Shown: one piece after another, positions 1 to 14,300 of the stretch
Position numbering within the stretch: position 1 is the stretch's first letter
Layout of the letters: each line of letters starts with the position of its first letter
Source: Yuukianura sp. NJ FZ-2021
Taxonomy: Eukaryota
Length of the DNA stretch: 64,000 nucleotides
Assembly: GCA_046563655.1 (NCBI GenBank)
Contig: CM102285.1
Span: forward strand, 9,362,001-9,426,000
Direction: 5' to 3'
Made by a program: the position numbers and the translations under genes
The notes under the pieces: model-generated
Told to the model about the DNA's origin: nothing
Seen by the model: only the letters and a program-made list of their open reading frames with translations
Database searches by the model: none

Positions 1-51
1 CCCCCGTGGGGGCCATCTTTCGCTACTTACGTACACCGGTTTACAACCGTT

Positions 52-685
52 TATTAAGTAGCTTTAGCTACTTTATAAAAGCGTTTTCGTCGGTCATCGC
101 GTTTTCCGTCCTAGACCCATAAGGAAAGCCTGTCCGTCATCGCGTTTTCCGTCCTAGCATAGGGCTCACCATTGTAAAATGGTGAAAACATTAGAACAAT
201 TATCTAGCAAAGTACTGGACCAATTTCGTTCCGGTTTTCACCAATGAACAGCTCATGACCCGGGTGAGATCAAGTTTGCAAAATCATTTCAGTCAGTGAC
301 CTCCTTCCGGGTCAAAATCAATTTCAAAGGTCAAGTGAATTGCAGATGGAGGAAGTGTGTGTAGAAAAAAGTCTGCTTGTGGGACTGGAAAGGTAAATGG
401 CATGGGAGTTGGTTCTCTGCTTAGCAAAAAATCAACTACGCAGTTGACCAACACACACTCATGCACTGTATCCAGTGTCCCTCATCCATTCCATCTGTTG
501 TTTCTTCACCCCGAGCCCACCTCTCCATCTCTGTATGAACATACCCCCACTCCCCCTGGGGGGGGGGCGGGAAAGTGCGGGAACCCACCCCCACTCCCCC
601 GGGGGGCTGAATAGATTAGTCCAGTTTGTTTAAAAAAACACCTACACGCTAAAGCTACTTTTTTATGTGCGGTTTACAACCGGTA
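52..685 (+). mobile_element. Non-autonomous Helentron/DINE-1-like (HINE) element, preceded by the 3' end of a probable second copy (1-51)
   Basis: Perfect 13-bp subterminal inverted repeat AAGTAGCTTTAGC (56-68) / GCTAAAGCTACTT (648-660). 5' palindrome AGTAGCT-TT-AGCTACT. Internal 22-bp direct repeat (93-114, 136-157). 3' hairpin CGGTT-TAC-AACCG (670-682), also present at 37-49. This layout matches the known DINE-1/HINE architecture; the family assignment is inference. Confidence 0.6.
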
Positions 686-688
686 CAG

Positions 689-3600
689 ACGCAGTCAAAG
701 GTAAGCCCCGCCGAGGAGCCAGAGCCACTTGTGCCACCGGAAGATACTGGCGAGCCACTCGCAGACTCTTGCACTTATTCTTCCTCTGTCTCCTTTAATC
801 TTTCTTCTTCTTCTCCCCTCTTCATTGACATGGTTAGAAGTGGTAGGATTGACGTTAGAACAGGACAGGTAACTTTTGGTAGTCAAAGTCTTCCTTTGAG
901 TGCAGCTATGACAGCAGGTAGGGTACGGTATGAACCAACAAGTGGGGCCATGGCGACAGGAAGTGCGCCATTGGCTGATCTAATTGACCAAGGTCTCGTG
1001 TCATCTCCATCGGAAGAACAGAAAGCAACGGGAGTGCCCATGGGAATACTGAATCGCTTTTCCGGTGAAGTTTTGAACTTGGACGAAGCCATTGCCAGTG
1101 GAGTTTTGAATCCTGAAGTGACGGAAGTCTTCGATCCCAAAACACGCACAAGAGTCACTGTCACTGAGGCTATTGAATCTCAGCTGCTGGATCCGGTACG
1201 GGGGACTTGGAATGATGAGGCAGCGGGGACCAGTGTTCCTGTGACAACTGCGAGACGAGAATCCCTGATCATGAAGCCCTTGACTCTCAAAGATTGTGTT
1301 GACATGGACTTGGTGACTGACGAGATGACAGAACTCATTGACCCGATTACTAACCAGAAACAATCCTTACTTGAGGCTATTGCTTCTGGCAACATTGACT
1401 ATGAGACTAAGACAGTGACTGACACAGAGACTGGTGATATTGTGAATTTACAAGAAGCTTTTGCAAAAGAAATTGTGACGATGGATGCCTTAGTAAGAGA
1501 CACGAGAACTGGAGTGATGTATCCACTAAGGGAGGCGGCCAGTAGAGGACTTTTGTCTTCTGTAAAACGCGTGTCAATCTTCGATATCCCTTGTGTCATG
1601 GATCCTGTCAAGAAAGTACCAGTGTCAGTGATGGAAGCATTGAAAACGGGAATTATTAATCCGAAGACGAAGACTGTAAAAGTAGGAGGCGGGAAAATTC
1701 CAGTTTGCTTCGAAGTAGCTGGGAAACGGGAAATCATCAGTCCTCAGATTTTTTCGCTGTTGAACGAACCCAGTGGAATCTACGATCCGAAGAGCAAAGG
1801 AAAGGAACTTAGCGTACTGGAAGCCATTGTTACCGAAAAAATCCTACCGACGGGCGAAGTTTTTGATGAAAAACGTAAAGTGTATGAACCTATGGACAGC
1901 GCCATTGAAAAGGGAGACTTAGACCCAGACAGCGGAGATGTTCTCAAAAGCATGTACAATGTTAACCTCACGACGACCACAGTCACCAAAACAGTTCGTC
2001 ATGTCATTACAATTCAAAGGACAGAAGAGACTGTGGAAACTGGGGATCTCGAAGTTGAAGAATCCAAGGAACCTAGACCAGACCGACCAACGGAGAAGAA
2101 GATTGTCGAGATGACAGAAACTTACACCAAGGAATCCGAAAAATTCGAGTCATCTGTTGTGACTGTTTCAGGTCCGGACTGGTCAGAAGTGGAATCAGAA
2201 ATGACACCGGAAACAGAACAAGTTTCTCCTGCAGCAGCATCGAAACGCTTCAAACCTAAGTCATCCAGTGAAGAAGGAGAATCAGAAATGAGGCCGGAAG
2301 CGTCTAAACAAGCTTCAACAGTGACTCCATCGAAAACGAAGCCAATTTCTCCAGGAGCTGCACCGAAACGATCGGAACCTCAGCCAGTGGATGAAGTCGA
2401 ATCCAAATTGAAGCCAGAGACGAAGCAAGCCCCTCCAATGCCACCATCAGTAAAGAAACCAACACATGCCGGAGTCGCTCCGAAACGATACGAACCTCAG
2501 CCAGTGGATGAAGTCAAACCCGAATTAAAGCCAGAGACGAAGCAAACCCCGCCGGCGCCACCATCGAAAAAGAAACCAACTCATGCTGGAGTCCAGCCGA
2601 AACGATCCGAGCCAACGTCGTCCAGTGATGAAGAATCAAAAATGAGGCCGGAAGATTCTAAACAATCTCCTCCAGTATCAGCTCCGAAAAAGAAATCAGC
2701 TCCGGTCGTAGAAGCACCGAAACGATCCGAACCATTGCCAGAAGACAAAGCTGAATCGGAAACGGTGCCAGAAACGAAACAAGCTCCTCCTCCTGTCGCA
2801 GCACAGAAAAAGATACCCGTACATGTCGTGGCAGCACCGAAACGATCCGAACCAGATTCTTCAACTGAAGAAGAAGATGCAGCAATGATGCCGGATGGTT
2901 CTAAACAAGCTCCACCCGTGGCAGCTCCGAAAAAGAAATCAGCTCCGGCTGTAGAAGCACCGAAACGATCCGAACCTCAGCCAGAGGATGAAGTCGAATC
3001 CGAATTGAAGCCAGAGACGAAACAAAGCCCTCCAGTGCCACCATCAGATGCCGGAGTCGCTCCGAAACGATCCGAACCTCAACGAGTGGATGAAGTCGGA
3101 TCCGAATTGAAGCCAGAGACGAAACAAGCCCCGCCGGCGCCACCATCGACAAAGAAACCAACTCATACTGGAGTCCAACCGAAACGATCCGAACCAACGT
3201 CGTCCAGTGATGAAGAAGAATCAAAAATGCGCCCGGAAGATTCTAAACAAGCTCAGCCAGTGGCAGCTCCGAAAAAGAAATCAGCTCCCGTCGTAGAAGC
3301 GCCGAAACGATCCGAACCATTGCCAGAAGCCAAAGTTGAATCCGAAATAGTGCCAGAGACGAAACAAGCTCCTCCTCCTGTCGTGGCACCGAAAAAGAAA
3401 CCAGTACATGTCGTGGCAGCACCGGAACGATCCGAACCAGATTCATCAACTGAAGAAGAAGAATCAGAAATGCGGCCGGAAAATTCTAAACAAGCTCCAC
3501 CCGTGGCAGCTCCGAAAAAGAAATCAGCTCCGGTTGAAGAAGCACCGAAACGATCCGAACCTCAGCCAGTGGATGATGTCAAACCCGAATTAAAGCCAGA

Positions 3601-5383
3601 GACGAAGCAAGCCCCTCCAGTGCCACCATCCAAAAAGAAACCAACTCATGCTGGAGTCCAACCGAGACGATCCGAACCAACGTCGTCCAGCGATGAAGAA
3701 GATTCAAAAATGCGGCCGGAGAATTCTGAACAAGCTCAACCAGTGGCAGCTCCGAAAAAGAAATCAGCTCCCGTCGTAGAAGCACCGAAACAATCCGAAC
3801 CTCGGCGAGTGGATGAAGTCAAACCCGGAATGGAATCAGAAATAATACCGGAGATGAAGCCACCTTCTCCTGTGACTGAAACGCAGCCCGCTCCTCATGT
3901 GGCAGAAAACAAGTCAGCTCCTCCTGTGGCTGAAACTAAGCCACATCCACCTTCTCCTGTGGCTGAAACGAAGCCAGTTCCTTCTGTGGCTGAAACGAAG
4001 CCACCTCCACCTTCTCCTGTGGCTGAAACTAAGCCGCCGCCTCGTGTGGCTGAAACGAACCCACCTCTTCCTGTGGCTGAAACAGAAACAGCTCCTGCTG
4101 CGGCTGAAACGAAACAACCTCTACCGGTGGCTCAAACGAAGCAACTTCCTCCTTTGGCAGAAACGCAACAAGCTCCACGCGTGTCCGAAACGAAACACCC
4201 TGCTCCTGTTACAATACGGAAACATTCCGAATCAAGCTCGTCGGCAGATGAAGGAGAATCAGAATTGCTGTCGGAGGTGAAGCAACCTCGTCCTGCGGAA
4301 GAAACAAAACAAACTCCTCCTGTAGCAGCGAAGAAAAAACGTTCAAGGAAAAAGAAGAAAGTTCCTGCAGCAGGGCCGAAACCCTCGGATTCAAAATCAC
4401 CGGAAGACGAAGTAGAACCAGAAGACGAGAACCAGGAAACGAGCCAACCTCCTCCTCCTGTGGTTGGAACGAAACAAGCTCCATCTGACGCAGTGCCGAA
4501 ACCTTCCGAACCAACTTTTTCAAAAACTGAATCAAAACCGGAACTGCCGCAGTCGACAGAAGAAGCCCCTTCAGGCGTATCACCTAAGGAATGGTCAGGA
4601 GATGAATTTGAAGCAGAGATGACACCGGAATCGGAACAAGCTTCTCCTGTGGCTGCACTGAATCGTGAACTCCTGCGATTGCCAATTGGCGGATGGCCTC
4701 TGAGAGAAATGATCCGAAGCTCTTTGTTTGAACCATCAACAGGACTATTTGCCATTCCAGGAACCGATCGCTTAGTTTCCTTTGAGGAATGTGTTAGCCT
4801 CCAAATCATTGATCCAACATCAGCTGAAGTGGTGGATCCAAACAACGGACGGCGGATCACCCTCGTTCGAGCACTTGAAAAGCAAATACTGAGCAACATT
4901 GGGCAGTACCATTACTCTGCCAACAAGGCCGAGCAGCCGCTAACTCTTCAGGAAGCCATTGATGCTGGAGCAGTTATTCTTCTCCCAGAAGAACCAGTTG
5001 AAACAGAGGAATCTCTGCGCATGCGCCGTGAAATGATTTCATCTTTAGCAGCACTCAGAGACGGACAGCCAATGAAGGAAGGGCAAGCTGAAGTTTTAAC
5101 ACCACCACAAGAAGAAATGGAAGTGACGCCAATAAATGAAGTTGAAGCGACACCGGAAGTGGAACTGCTAGAACCGGTCATTCAAGTTACTCAATCTATG
5201 ACATTTGATCCCAACGCAGTAACCGTTAGAGATGTTAACAAGAACGAAGATATTCCACTATTTGATGCAGTTTTGGCTGGGAAAATAGAGCCGAGGAAGG
5301 TCAAAGTTCGAGATGCAAATGGAGATGAGCTAAATATAAATGAGGCCATCAGGAAAGGAATTGTGGATAAGAAGACAGGAAAG
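689..5383 (+). CDS. shot: shot giant exon A: plectin repeats plus PEVK-like repeat insert
   Basis: ORF 665-5398 with plectin-repeat motifs (e.g. [24 protein letters not shown]). Likely acceptor CAG at 686-688 (start uncertain); donor AAG|GTAAGC at 5383/5384. Confidence 0.85.
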
Positions 5384-8300
5384 GTAAGCAGGATTTGAAT
5401 GTATTTTAGATACACAAATTGTTGAATTGCATTTTAAGTGTTTTTATTGCGTTCATAACATGTTTTTTTTCCAATTTTGAAGGTGAGAGTCAAAAGTGGA
5501 AAGGGGAAGGGAGCCTTAGTAAGTTTCAGCGATGCAGTGAAGACTGGTCTGATCTGTGTCGTGGCAGCTCCAGTTGTAGCAGCAAAAGCACTTGTAGACA
5601 AGATTTCAACTCCAAGTAACGTTGAAGAGCAGGAAACTGCGTCGACTCCACTTCGACAGCGAAGCACTACGCCAGATCGACGTATCTCAGCTGGAGCCTT
5701 AACTTCAGTTCCAGAAGAAGTTTATACAGTTGTGTCCGAAGAAGTCATACCCCTAGAATCTGTGATAACCACAACGACCACTACAGTTACAACTACTAGC
5801 ATCATTGTCACGAAAATGTCACGTTTACCAGTCAATCCCCAAGAACTTTTGGATTCTGGACTAATCGACAAATCCACGGTATTGGCCCTCACTAATCCAG
5901 AAAACTTTGTTGGACCTGCCGGAGAGCCATTGACACTACAACAATCAATTGCCCTGGGCAAAATTGATGGAGACTCTGGAGCCGTTCTGGATCCACAAAC
6001 GCAGCAGTTGCTAACGATTAACGAAGCTCTTGTTCAAAACATTGTGACAAACGAGGGAAACATTGTGTTACCAATTTCCAGGAGTCTCTGTATTCCAGAA
6101 CTGAGAACGCAAGGGCTCTACGATCCAACTGAAGAGAAAGTGATCCATCCAGAAACTGGATCTTCGCTGACCATCTTAGAAGCCTTGGCCAGTGACATCC
6201 TCAATCCACGATCACCAGTCAGGCACCCAGTTTCACAGAGACGAATGTCATTGGCTGAAGCTCTGGAAGAAAATGTGATCTGTAAAGAGACTGGAAGCGT
6301 GATGGACCCGAGCGGGAAAATTCCGATGCTGGAAGCTCTTCAACTTGGTACATTTGATGAAATTGAACATCCTTATGACGAAATACTTCCGCCGGCAACT
6401 CTTACTTACTCAGCAGCTTTAAAACGAGGATTGGTCAATACAGAGACGAATACACTGCATAATCCAGCTACAAATCAAACAGTTCCAGTTGAAGAGGCAA
6501 TTCAAAAGGGACAACTTGTGCCAATTCCAAATGTCGCGGTTTCGTCTCATCAACCGGAGGTCAGAGTAGCTCCGAAGAAGAAAAGTCCATCTCCAGTCAC
6601 TTCGCCTCTGAAAACTAGTGCAATCAAAGTCACTTTTAAGGAGCCGGAGAAAGTAAAACCAAAAGTCATCGTTGTTCCTGGTTATGCTCAGTTGGACGAA
6701 GGAAGAAGTCTGCCGCTGACTGTCGAAGTGGACTTAAATGCTGGTCGTGTCAAAATTCCATCTACAGAAGGCGACTACACCATGGCAGAAGCTGTACAAA
6801 AGAATTTACTAAATCCAAAAGCAGAGCTAGTTACTGGAAACGAAGAAACTACACTAGAAGAAGCTGTTGGAAGTGGCGTAGATCTGAAAGATGCCAAGGT
6901 TAAGCATCCTGAAACTGGAAAATTGGTGACATTTACTGATGCATTGAAAACTGGTCTGTTGGCAGTCGCTGGAGCACCGGTTATTCTTGGACTGCTTGCG
7001 GCTAAAGCTCTGACGGATCCAAACAAGCACACTATTTCCCCTCCAACGGTCGAGCCACGCAGAGTCTTGTCGTCACCAACTCCAATTCAAGTGATTGAAA
7101 TCAAATCAGAGAAGAAACCAATTTTGAGTTCCGCAGCACCACCAGAGAAGGAGCCGGAAGTACTGGAGCCTGGAGAAGTTGAACAGGAAGAAGCGGAAGA
7201 CGAATCGCTAGGATTTTTAAACGATTACAAGAAGCCATATCCACTACACGTTGCCATTGCACTCGGAAAGTACAATCCAAATACTGGACTTATGCAAATT
7301 GAACCAAGCAAGGAATACGTAACACTCGAGACAGCAATTAGAGAAAACGAAATTGACCCCAACGTACTAACTGTTCGTGATCCAAGAGCAAATACGCTTA
7401 TTTCTCTCCAGTCAGCCATTGATGCTGGAATTGTCAATCCCAAGAGTGGGCAAGTAATCGATCCTATTTCTGGTGCTGAAATCAACTTTGATGAAGGAAT
7501 GACCGCTGGGTTACTGCTTACCCCAGCACGGAAAATTTCACTTCCTGAAGCTATTTACGCAGGAAACTACGATCCAGTTTCAAATTCCATTTACGAAACG
7601 AGTCTGCGTCCAGGAAAATCTCTGCCGTTGAAGATAGCAATTGAACAAAAACTTATTACTACTGATACGCTCGTTGTCAAAAACTTTGCTACAAATTCGA
7701 TCCTGCCATTTAGAGTTGCCTTGGCCCAAGGAATTTTGGATCCAGAACTCGGAACAGTACAAATCTCTCCAATTGCCGTTGTGAACATTGTAGAAGCCCT
7801 GGAAACGGGAGCTCTGATTGAAGTCAATTGTCCTCTGAGCCTAAGTCAAGCAATTCACAAGGGGCTTTATACTGAAGAAGATGAGAAGTGGCTTGATCCT
7901 AAGTCTGGACTGCATGTCACCCTGGGAGAAGCCCTGAAACGGAAAGTCATTGACCCTGAAACTGTCCATGTCAAGGATACTCGTGAAGGCTTTGAAAAGA
8001 AGATGCCGTTGACTGTCGCCATTTACTCGGGATTTGTGTCAGGAGAAACCGGGAAAGTTCACAATTTTACGACAAAGAAAGATCTGCCACTCCTGCAAGC
8101 GCTTGAGGAAGGACTAATTGTGGATTCCAGAATGCCAATTTCGCTTCAAAAAGCAATTAATCTTGGACTTTACTCGGAAGAAAGCGGAAAATTGACAGAT
8201 CCAAATACTGGAAAGAAAGTGACATTGCATGACTCCATTAGAAGACTGATTGTGAATCCAGCGCTGCCTTGTTACTGGGATGAAGACAAAGGAAAAGTTT

Positions 8301-11300
8301 TGTCGCTTGTTGAAACTTGCAGAACGGGAATCATCGGTAGACAAGAAGGAGTTTTTCATGTTCCAAAATCAGAACCAGCAGTGTCCTTGAACTTGGCCGA
8401 AGCTTTGGACAAAGGAAAAATACTTAACATTGAGAAGCCTTTTAGCTTGTACGAAGCACTGAAAATTGGACTTTATGAAAAAGATACTGGGAAGTTTGTA
8501 CATCCATCGACAGGCCGGAAATTGACGCTAGAAGAAGCTGCGAAGCAAGAACTAATTAATCCAGAAACATCAATTTTGAAAAATTCAGAAACTTCAAAAC
8601 TTGTTCCGCTTCAGCCTGCAGTTGCACGAGGTTTGGTTGATCCCGTTAACGGGGTTTACGTTCATCCGAAAAAGAAAGGAACTCTGAAATTAGACGAAGC
8701 CAAGAATGCTGGACTTGTGCTGACAACCGAACGACCACTTTCACTTGAACGAATTGTGCGTGAGCACTTGTATGATCCGAAACAAGGGAAAGTAGGAGAT
8801 CCGCTGATGTGCGACTGGCTGACGATTGAACAAGGTTTGAAAACGGGTTTAGTCGATTCAAATCGAACTGCAATTCAAGATCTGGGAACACAAAGAATCA
8901 AATCGCTGCGGGCAGCACTTGATGACGGTGACGTTGACTCTGAAAAAGGAACAGTCAAAGACGCTAGGAACGGAAAGCCTTACCCGCTTGACACTGCGGT
9001 GCAGAAAAGCATCATTCTCACTGTTGACCCACCAATGCCATTCAATGAAGCTATTAAGACTGATGCCATTGACCTCAGACGCGGAACTTTTTATGATGCC
9101 AGAAACTCCGTGACCTCTTCCTTGGTCGATGCCATTAACCGTGAATTAATTGCTCCAGAAAGTGCCGTCGTCCGTGACCCCGTGACTCAGAGCTTCGTTA
9201 CTCTTCGCCAAGCTCAACGTTCTGGTCTCATTGACATCAAGAAGAGAGCTCTCATTGACCCATCCACTGGGAAACTCAAACCGTTGGTGATCATCTTCGA
9301 ACAAGGAACAGTCGTGTTTCTCAGAGAACCAATCACATTTGATGCTGCGAGGGACAAGGGCTACTTGAATCTCATGACCGGTCAATTCCAAGATCCACTA
9401 AGTGAAGGTCAAATGACCTTGAAGGAAGCTGTGGACATCCATGCCATTGATCCAAGATCAGCTCTCATCAAGGACGTACTAAAGAAACGTTTGGTGCCTT
9501 TGGACGAAGGTTACGCTTTGGCCTTAATTGACCCTGAGAAATCCACAGTATTCAATTCAGCTACGAATCATTTACTACCGCTGAATGTCGCCGTTGACTC
9601 TGGACTTGTTTTGACTCCCCGAACGCCCTTTGGACTCATACCTGCTCTTGACTACTCTCTGTACAATCCCTCTTCTGGGAAATTTCTTAATCCTTACGAA
9701 CCCACCCCACGGGGAAAAGAGTTAACGTTGTATCAGAGTTTAGATGTGGGACTCATTGAGCCCAATACAACAGTCATACGAGATCCAAGCAGTAGGCGTA
9801 TTTTACCACTGACCTTGGCCATACAAGAGGAAATTGTGGATGCTGAGGAAGGGACGTTGGTGGACCCCGTGACCTCTACGAAACAGAATCTGCTGGATGC
9901 TTATAAACAAGGGCTGGTCGTTCCAGCTGAGGCGCGGGTAAGCTCCTCAACATCATCCAGCTACGTTGTTCTACTCCTTGGGTTTCCTCCCTTGGCTTTG
10001 CATCAAAAAATTGCAAGCTTACTGGGATTTTTGTCAAATTGGAGCATGAAATTTGATTTTGATTTTAATCCAGGATTTTCAACATGGGGCTTTTTTGTGC
10101 ATGGGATTACTGCATAATTTTTGAGAAACTACTAGAAAATGGTAGTGTTAGTATTAGTAATGTTGCTGGCTAAATTATGACGGTAATGTTAAAACAAATC
10201 AGAAGCACACAGCTTTGGTGTAGTTTTACTTTTTAACATTTATGGTGACTGGTTTTAGGCTGCTAATTAATATTGGCTAACTAGTTGTTTGTGTAAGTTT
10301 GAATTTTGGGATTTAGAAATCAAGATTTTGATTTTTGGATATTCTGTGATGCTAATTTGAACATGTTTTACAGGGTTTGAATGACGACGAAAGTGAATTG
10401 TGTTGTCTTTAGCTTCCGTAAGATTGTGATGTTACTTTTAGATCTAGTTGGAAATGAATTCGATATGAATTGGTTGAGAATTAATTAAGGGTGGACTAAT
10501 TACTTTGATGTTGAAAGCATGTTTAAGAATGAGAGGTCGCATGGGGCGAAATGTAAAAGCGTGTGAAGGTCATGCGCTCGTCAGCGTTCGTGGTTTTGTT
10601 TTTCTTGGACATGAACCCCGTAGTGTACTTCACAAGCGCTATTTCCTTCTTCCATTTTAATGCTTTTCAGTTTCTGAATTTGGTTATTCTAATCTTGCTT
10701 AAAATGAGATTTAATTGTGATTATTAATAATTTTTTATTTGTTGAATTAAAATAGCTCGCCACTGAAGAGAAGTATAGAAACTGCACCAACACCATGAAC
10801 AGTCTTTTTGATTGGTTGTCAGAAATTGAGAAGCGTCTTGGCATGCAGGAATCTGTGCGTGAAACACTAGAGGAAATCAAGCAACAGTTGACAATTGTAA
10901 AGGTATGCAGCTCCAGTCGACTGGAAATTATGTGAAAGCGTTAATTTGCAAATTGAAAATATACTGTGTATTTGGAAACTGTTTTTTTAATTGCAGAGAA
11001 TCCGGGAAGACATTGATGATCATAACCAGCCAGTTGGAACTTGCGTGGATCAAATGCGTCAGCTCGTGGCTACGGGCAGCGAAATCCTCTCGGTTGAAGA
11101 GATTTCCATTCTTGAAAAAGATGGCAAACAGCTCAAGGCTCGTTTCGACAAGGTTTCTGAGCAGGCAGACAAACTGGACAGGAAGTTGACGTCGGCAGCG
11201 GATGAACTCAGAAAATACAAGTAAATGCTTCTATCCAACAATAATTGACTGATACTTTCTAGGATGGTTTTTGAATATTTAAATGTTTTTGGAATCCAGG

Positions 11301-14300
11301 ACGGAAGTGACCAATTTCAAATCCTGGATGGAAAAGTCTATTCGAGTCTTGGAAGACAAGGAACGAAACATCAGCAACCTCAGTTCAAGTGGTCGCGACA
11401 ACACGAAGGAGTTTGTCAGTGATGTCATTGCGCATCAAGGAGATCTGCGCTTCATCACAATGTCGGCTCAAAAATTCATTGACGAATCTCGGGTGAGTGG
11501 CCTTGTTTTCACAGTAATAATTACCTAAATTGGGCTGCAAAAGATTTTCTATTTGAATTTCAGGACTACCTTCAAACTCTGAATGACTTCCGAGTGAATC
11601 TACCACAACGGCTACCTTACCTCGAAACAAAAGACTCCGCGGTCAAGAAGGAAGTAACCGAACTTGCAACAACGTATCAGGTAGGAATTGAAGTCCTGTA
11701 AAACTCATTTTATAAATGTTGAGATGATCGAACTGGAAGTTTTATACTTATTTCAGGACCTACTCGCCCGCGCGAATAAACTTTTTGATCGCCTCTCCAC
11801 TCTCGGAAGTAAACAAAAAGATTTTCAAGACGCATTCAACAAAGCTGCTGCATGGTTGAAGGAAATAACTCCACGAACCCAGAAAGTTATTTCGGAACCA
11901 GTTGCTGGAGAACCGAATTTAGTTCAGGATCAATTGAGCAAAGCCCGGGCACTCCAAAATGAAGTTCTCTCCAATGGAAGACTAATCGACACTGCAAGAC
12001 AGACCACCAACAGTCTCCTCAATAGCCTTGATGATCTCACTCCAGAGGAACGAAGTTCAATTGAAAACGCCACAAAGGAGCTGGAAAGTAGATATCAAGA
12101 CTTGATTGACGCTCTCGGAGACAAAGTCAAAGATCTGGACTCCGCCCTGACACAAAGTCAAGATGTGCAAGACGCTGTTGAGGAAGTGACAACTTGGTTA
12201 GCCCAAGCTGAAGGCCAGCTGAGGTAAGTGGACACAAGTTTAAACATTACGAAACTGTTTATTTGTTTTTTTTTAATATTATGTTTTTTAAACGTTTTTT
12301 TTTTAGATTGATTTCAAAACCGGCGAGTTTGATCCGTGAGAGACTGGATGAACAGACTCGAGAAGTCAAACTACTCCACGCAGACATAGAATCTCATCGA
12401 GTCAGTATTGAGAATATGGCTCGATCTGCCGATCAACTCCTCAGTTCTGGAAGTCGAGTGTCGAAGAGAGTGGAAAACAAGCTTCAAGACGTCTTGAGTC
12501 GATATGACAAATTGGTGCAGAAGCTCGTAGAGCGATCAATTCTTCTGAATGAGGTTTCAGCACTGTTGTCCAGCTTCGATTACACTGCAGCTCACTTTGA
12601 CCAATGGTTTCTGGAAATGTTTGATGTGATTGAAACAAAGCTTGGAGGAGAGAATGGACCAGCGCTACTGGAAGATGTGATGCGAAAGAAACAGAACAAG
12701 AAAACTGATTTCGAGGAGCTCATCAGTTCTGGAAAGACAATGGTTTCTAGAAAAGACGTCACAGATACGTCTCCTGCCAAGGACAAGATTAAGGTAACGC
12801 TGTTATTTTTAGATCCGATCTTTATCAAACTGTCAATTTTGTCTAATTTGTAATTTCCATTTTCCTCAGTCCCTTGAGCAGCAGTGGAAAGACTTGAATG
12901 GAGCCTTGGATGAACGCAGCAAGATAAACAAAACACGTTCTGAACAACTGGAATCTTATGAGAAACTACGAGACCAAGTTACACATTGGCTCAGCACAAT
13001 GGAAACTCGTGTAGGAAATCTACAGCCAGTTGCTGTGGACGTTGACGTAATCAAAAGTCAAGTGGAGGAATTGAAACCAATCGTCAAAGAACATCGTGAC
13101 TACAACAACACAATCGACAAAGTGAATGACCTCGGGAATGCCTATGAAGCTGCTCAACGTAACGACCGTGGAGATAGTCCGACACGCCGTGCTCCAAGTT
13201 TAGGAAAACGTCCGAGCTTGCGATCAAAAGAATCCCCAGGGAAGGCTGGCAGTCCAAGTCCATTCGGCAGTCGACGCTCATCTCAAGAAGCTTATGTCCC
13301 ATTAGAAGACTCGACCCCAATCCAGAATCAACTTAATGAGATCAATCATCGTTACAGTTCAATTGGCATGAAACTAACGGATCGCCAAAACGAGCTGGAC
13401 TCATCTCGAGATGAAGTAAGAAAAATCGGAGACAACCTAAAATCATTGGCACAATTTCTGGACCGTATTGAAGGAAAATTGCCCAAGGAATCGATTCCCC
13501 AAAGCCGAGAGGAAGCTGAGAAGGCACTACGAGTGGTCAAGAATATTTTGGAAGAGTTGTATGACAAACAAGGACTTTTGGATAACACTAAGGCGCAACT
13601 CAATGACCTCTTGCGAAGGAAACCCAGTGCCAGAGGTGCAGAAGAATTAAAAGATACAATTGACAGCATTTCTAAACGATGGAAGACTCTCCAAGACAAA
13701 TGCAAGGCCAGAGTGGAGAATTTAGACAACATCAAGGAGTTCCACGACTCGCACGACAACTTGAACAATTGGTTGAATGCTAAAGACAAAATGATGGGAG
13801 TTCTCGGTCCTATTGCTTCTGAACCTCGAGTAGTACAAAATCAACTTCAACAAGTTCAAGTAATGAGGGACGAATTCCGTGCCCAGAAGCCAGTTCTGGA
13901 CAGTTTCAATAATACTGGAGACAACATCTTAGGAGAAACCAGTCCAGATTCCCTTGATGGCCAAAAAATTGAGGATAAATTGATGAACATCAACCAAAGA
14001 TGGAATGACATCCTTCACAAGCTGGACGATCGTGAAGGAAACTTGGACGCAGCGTCTGGAGCAAGTTCCGATTTTTACAATAGCCTCAATAAGTTGCAAG
14101 ATAATCTCCACAAAATCAGTGATGACTTGGACGATTTGAGCTCAGAGAAAGGAAAATTAGATCCAGATGAACTTCTCAAAAAATTAAATGCAATTGACAA
14201 AGCACTCGCGTCTCAACGACCTGTGCTTGCTGATGTTCAGGCTTCTGGAGAGCAACTCTGTGACATCCTGACAGATCCAACGTCCACGGCGGATATTAAG

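Noticed and set aside
3860..4210. GTGGCTGAAAC repeats at 30-36 bp spacing resembling a CRISPR array
   Set aside because: In-frame protein repeat inside a eukaryotic exon; 'spacers' resemble each other and there are no cas genes.
4132..4899. 255-aa minus-strand ORF and the many other antisense ORFs over shot
   Set aside because: Codon-bias shadows of the + strand CDS; no motifs or splice logic of their own.
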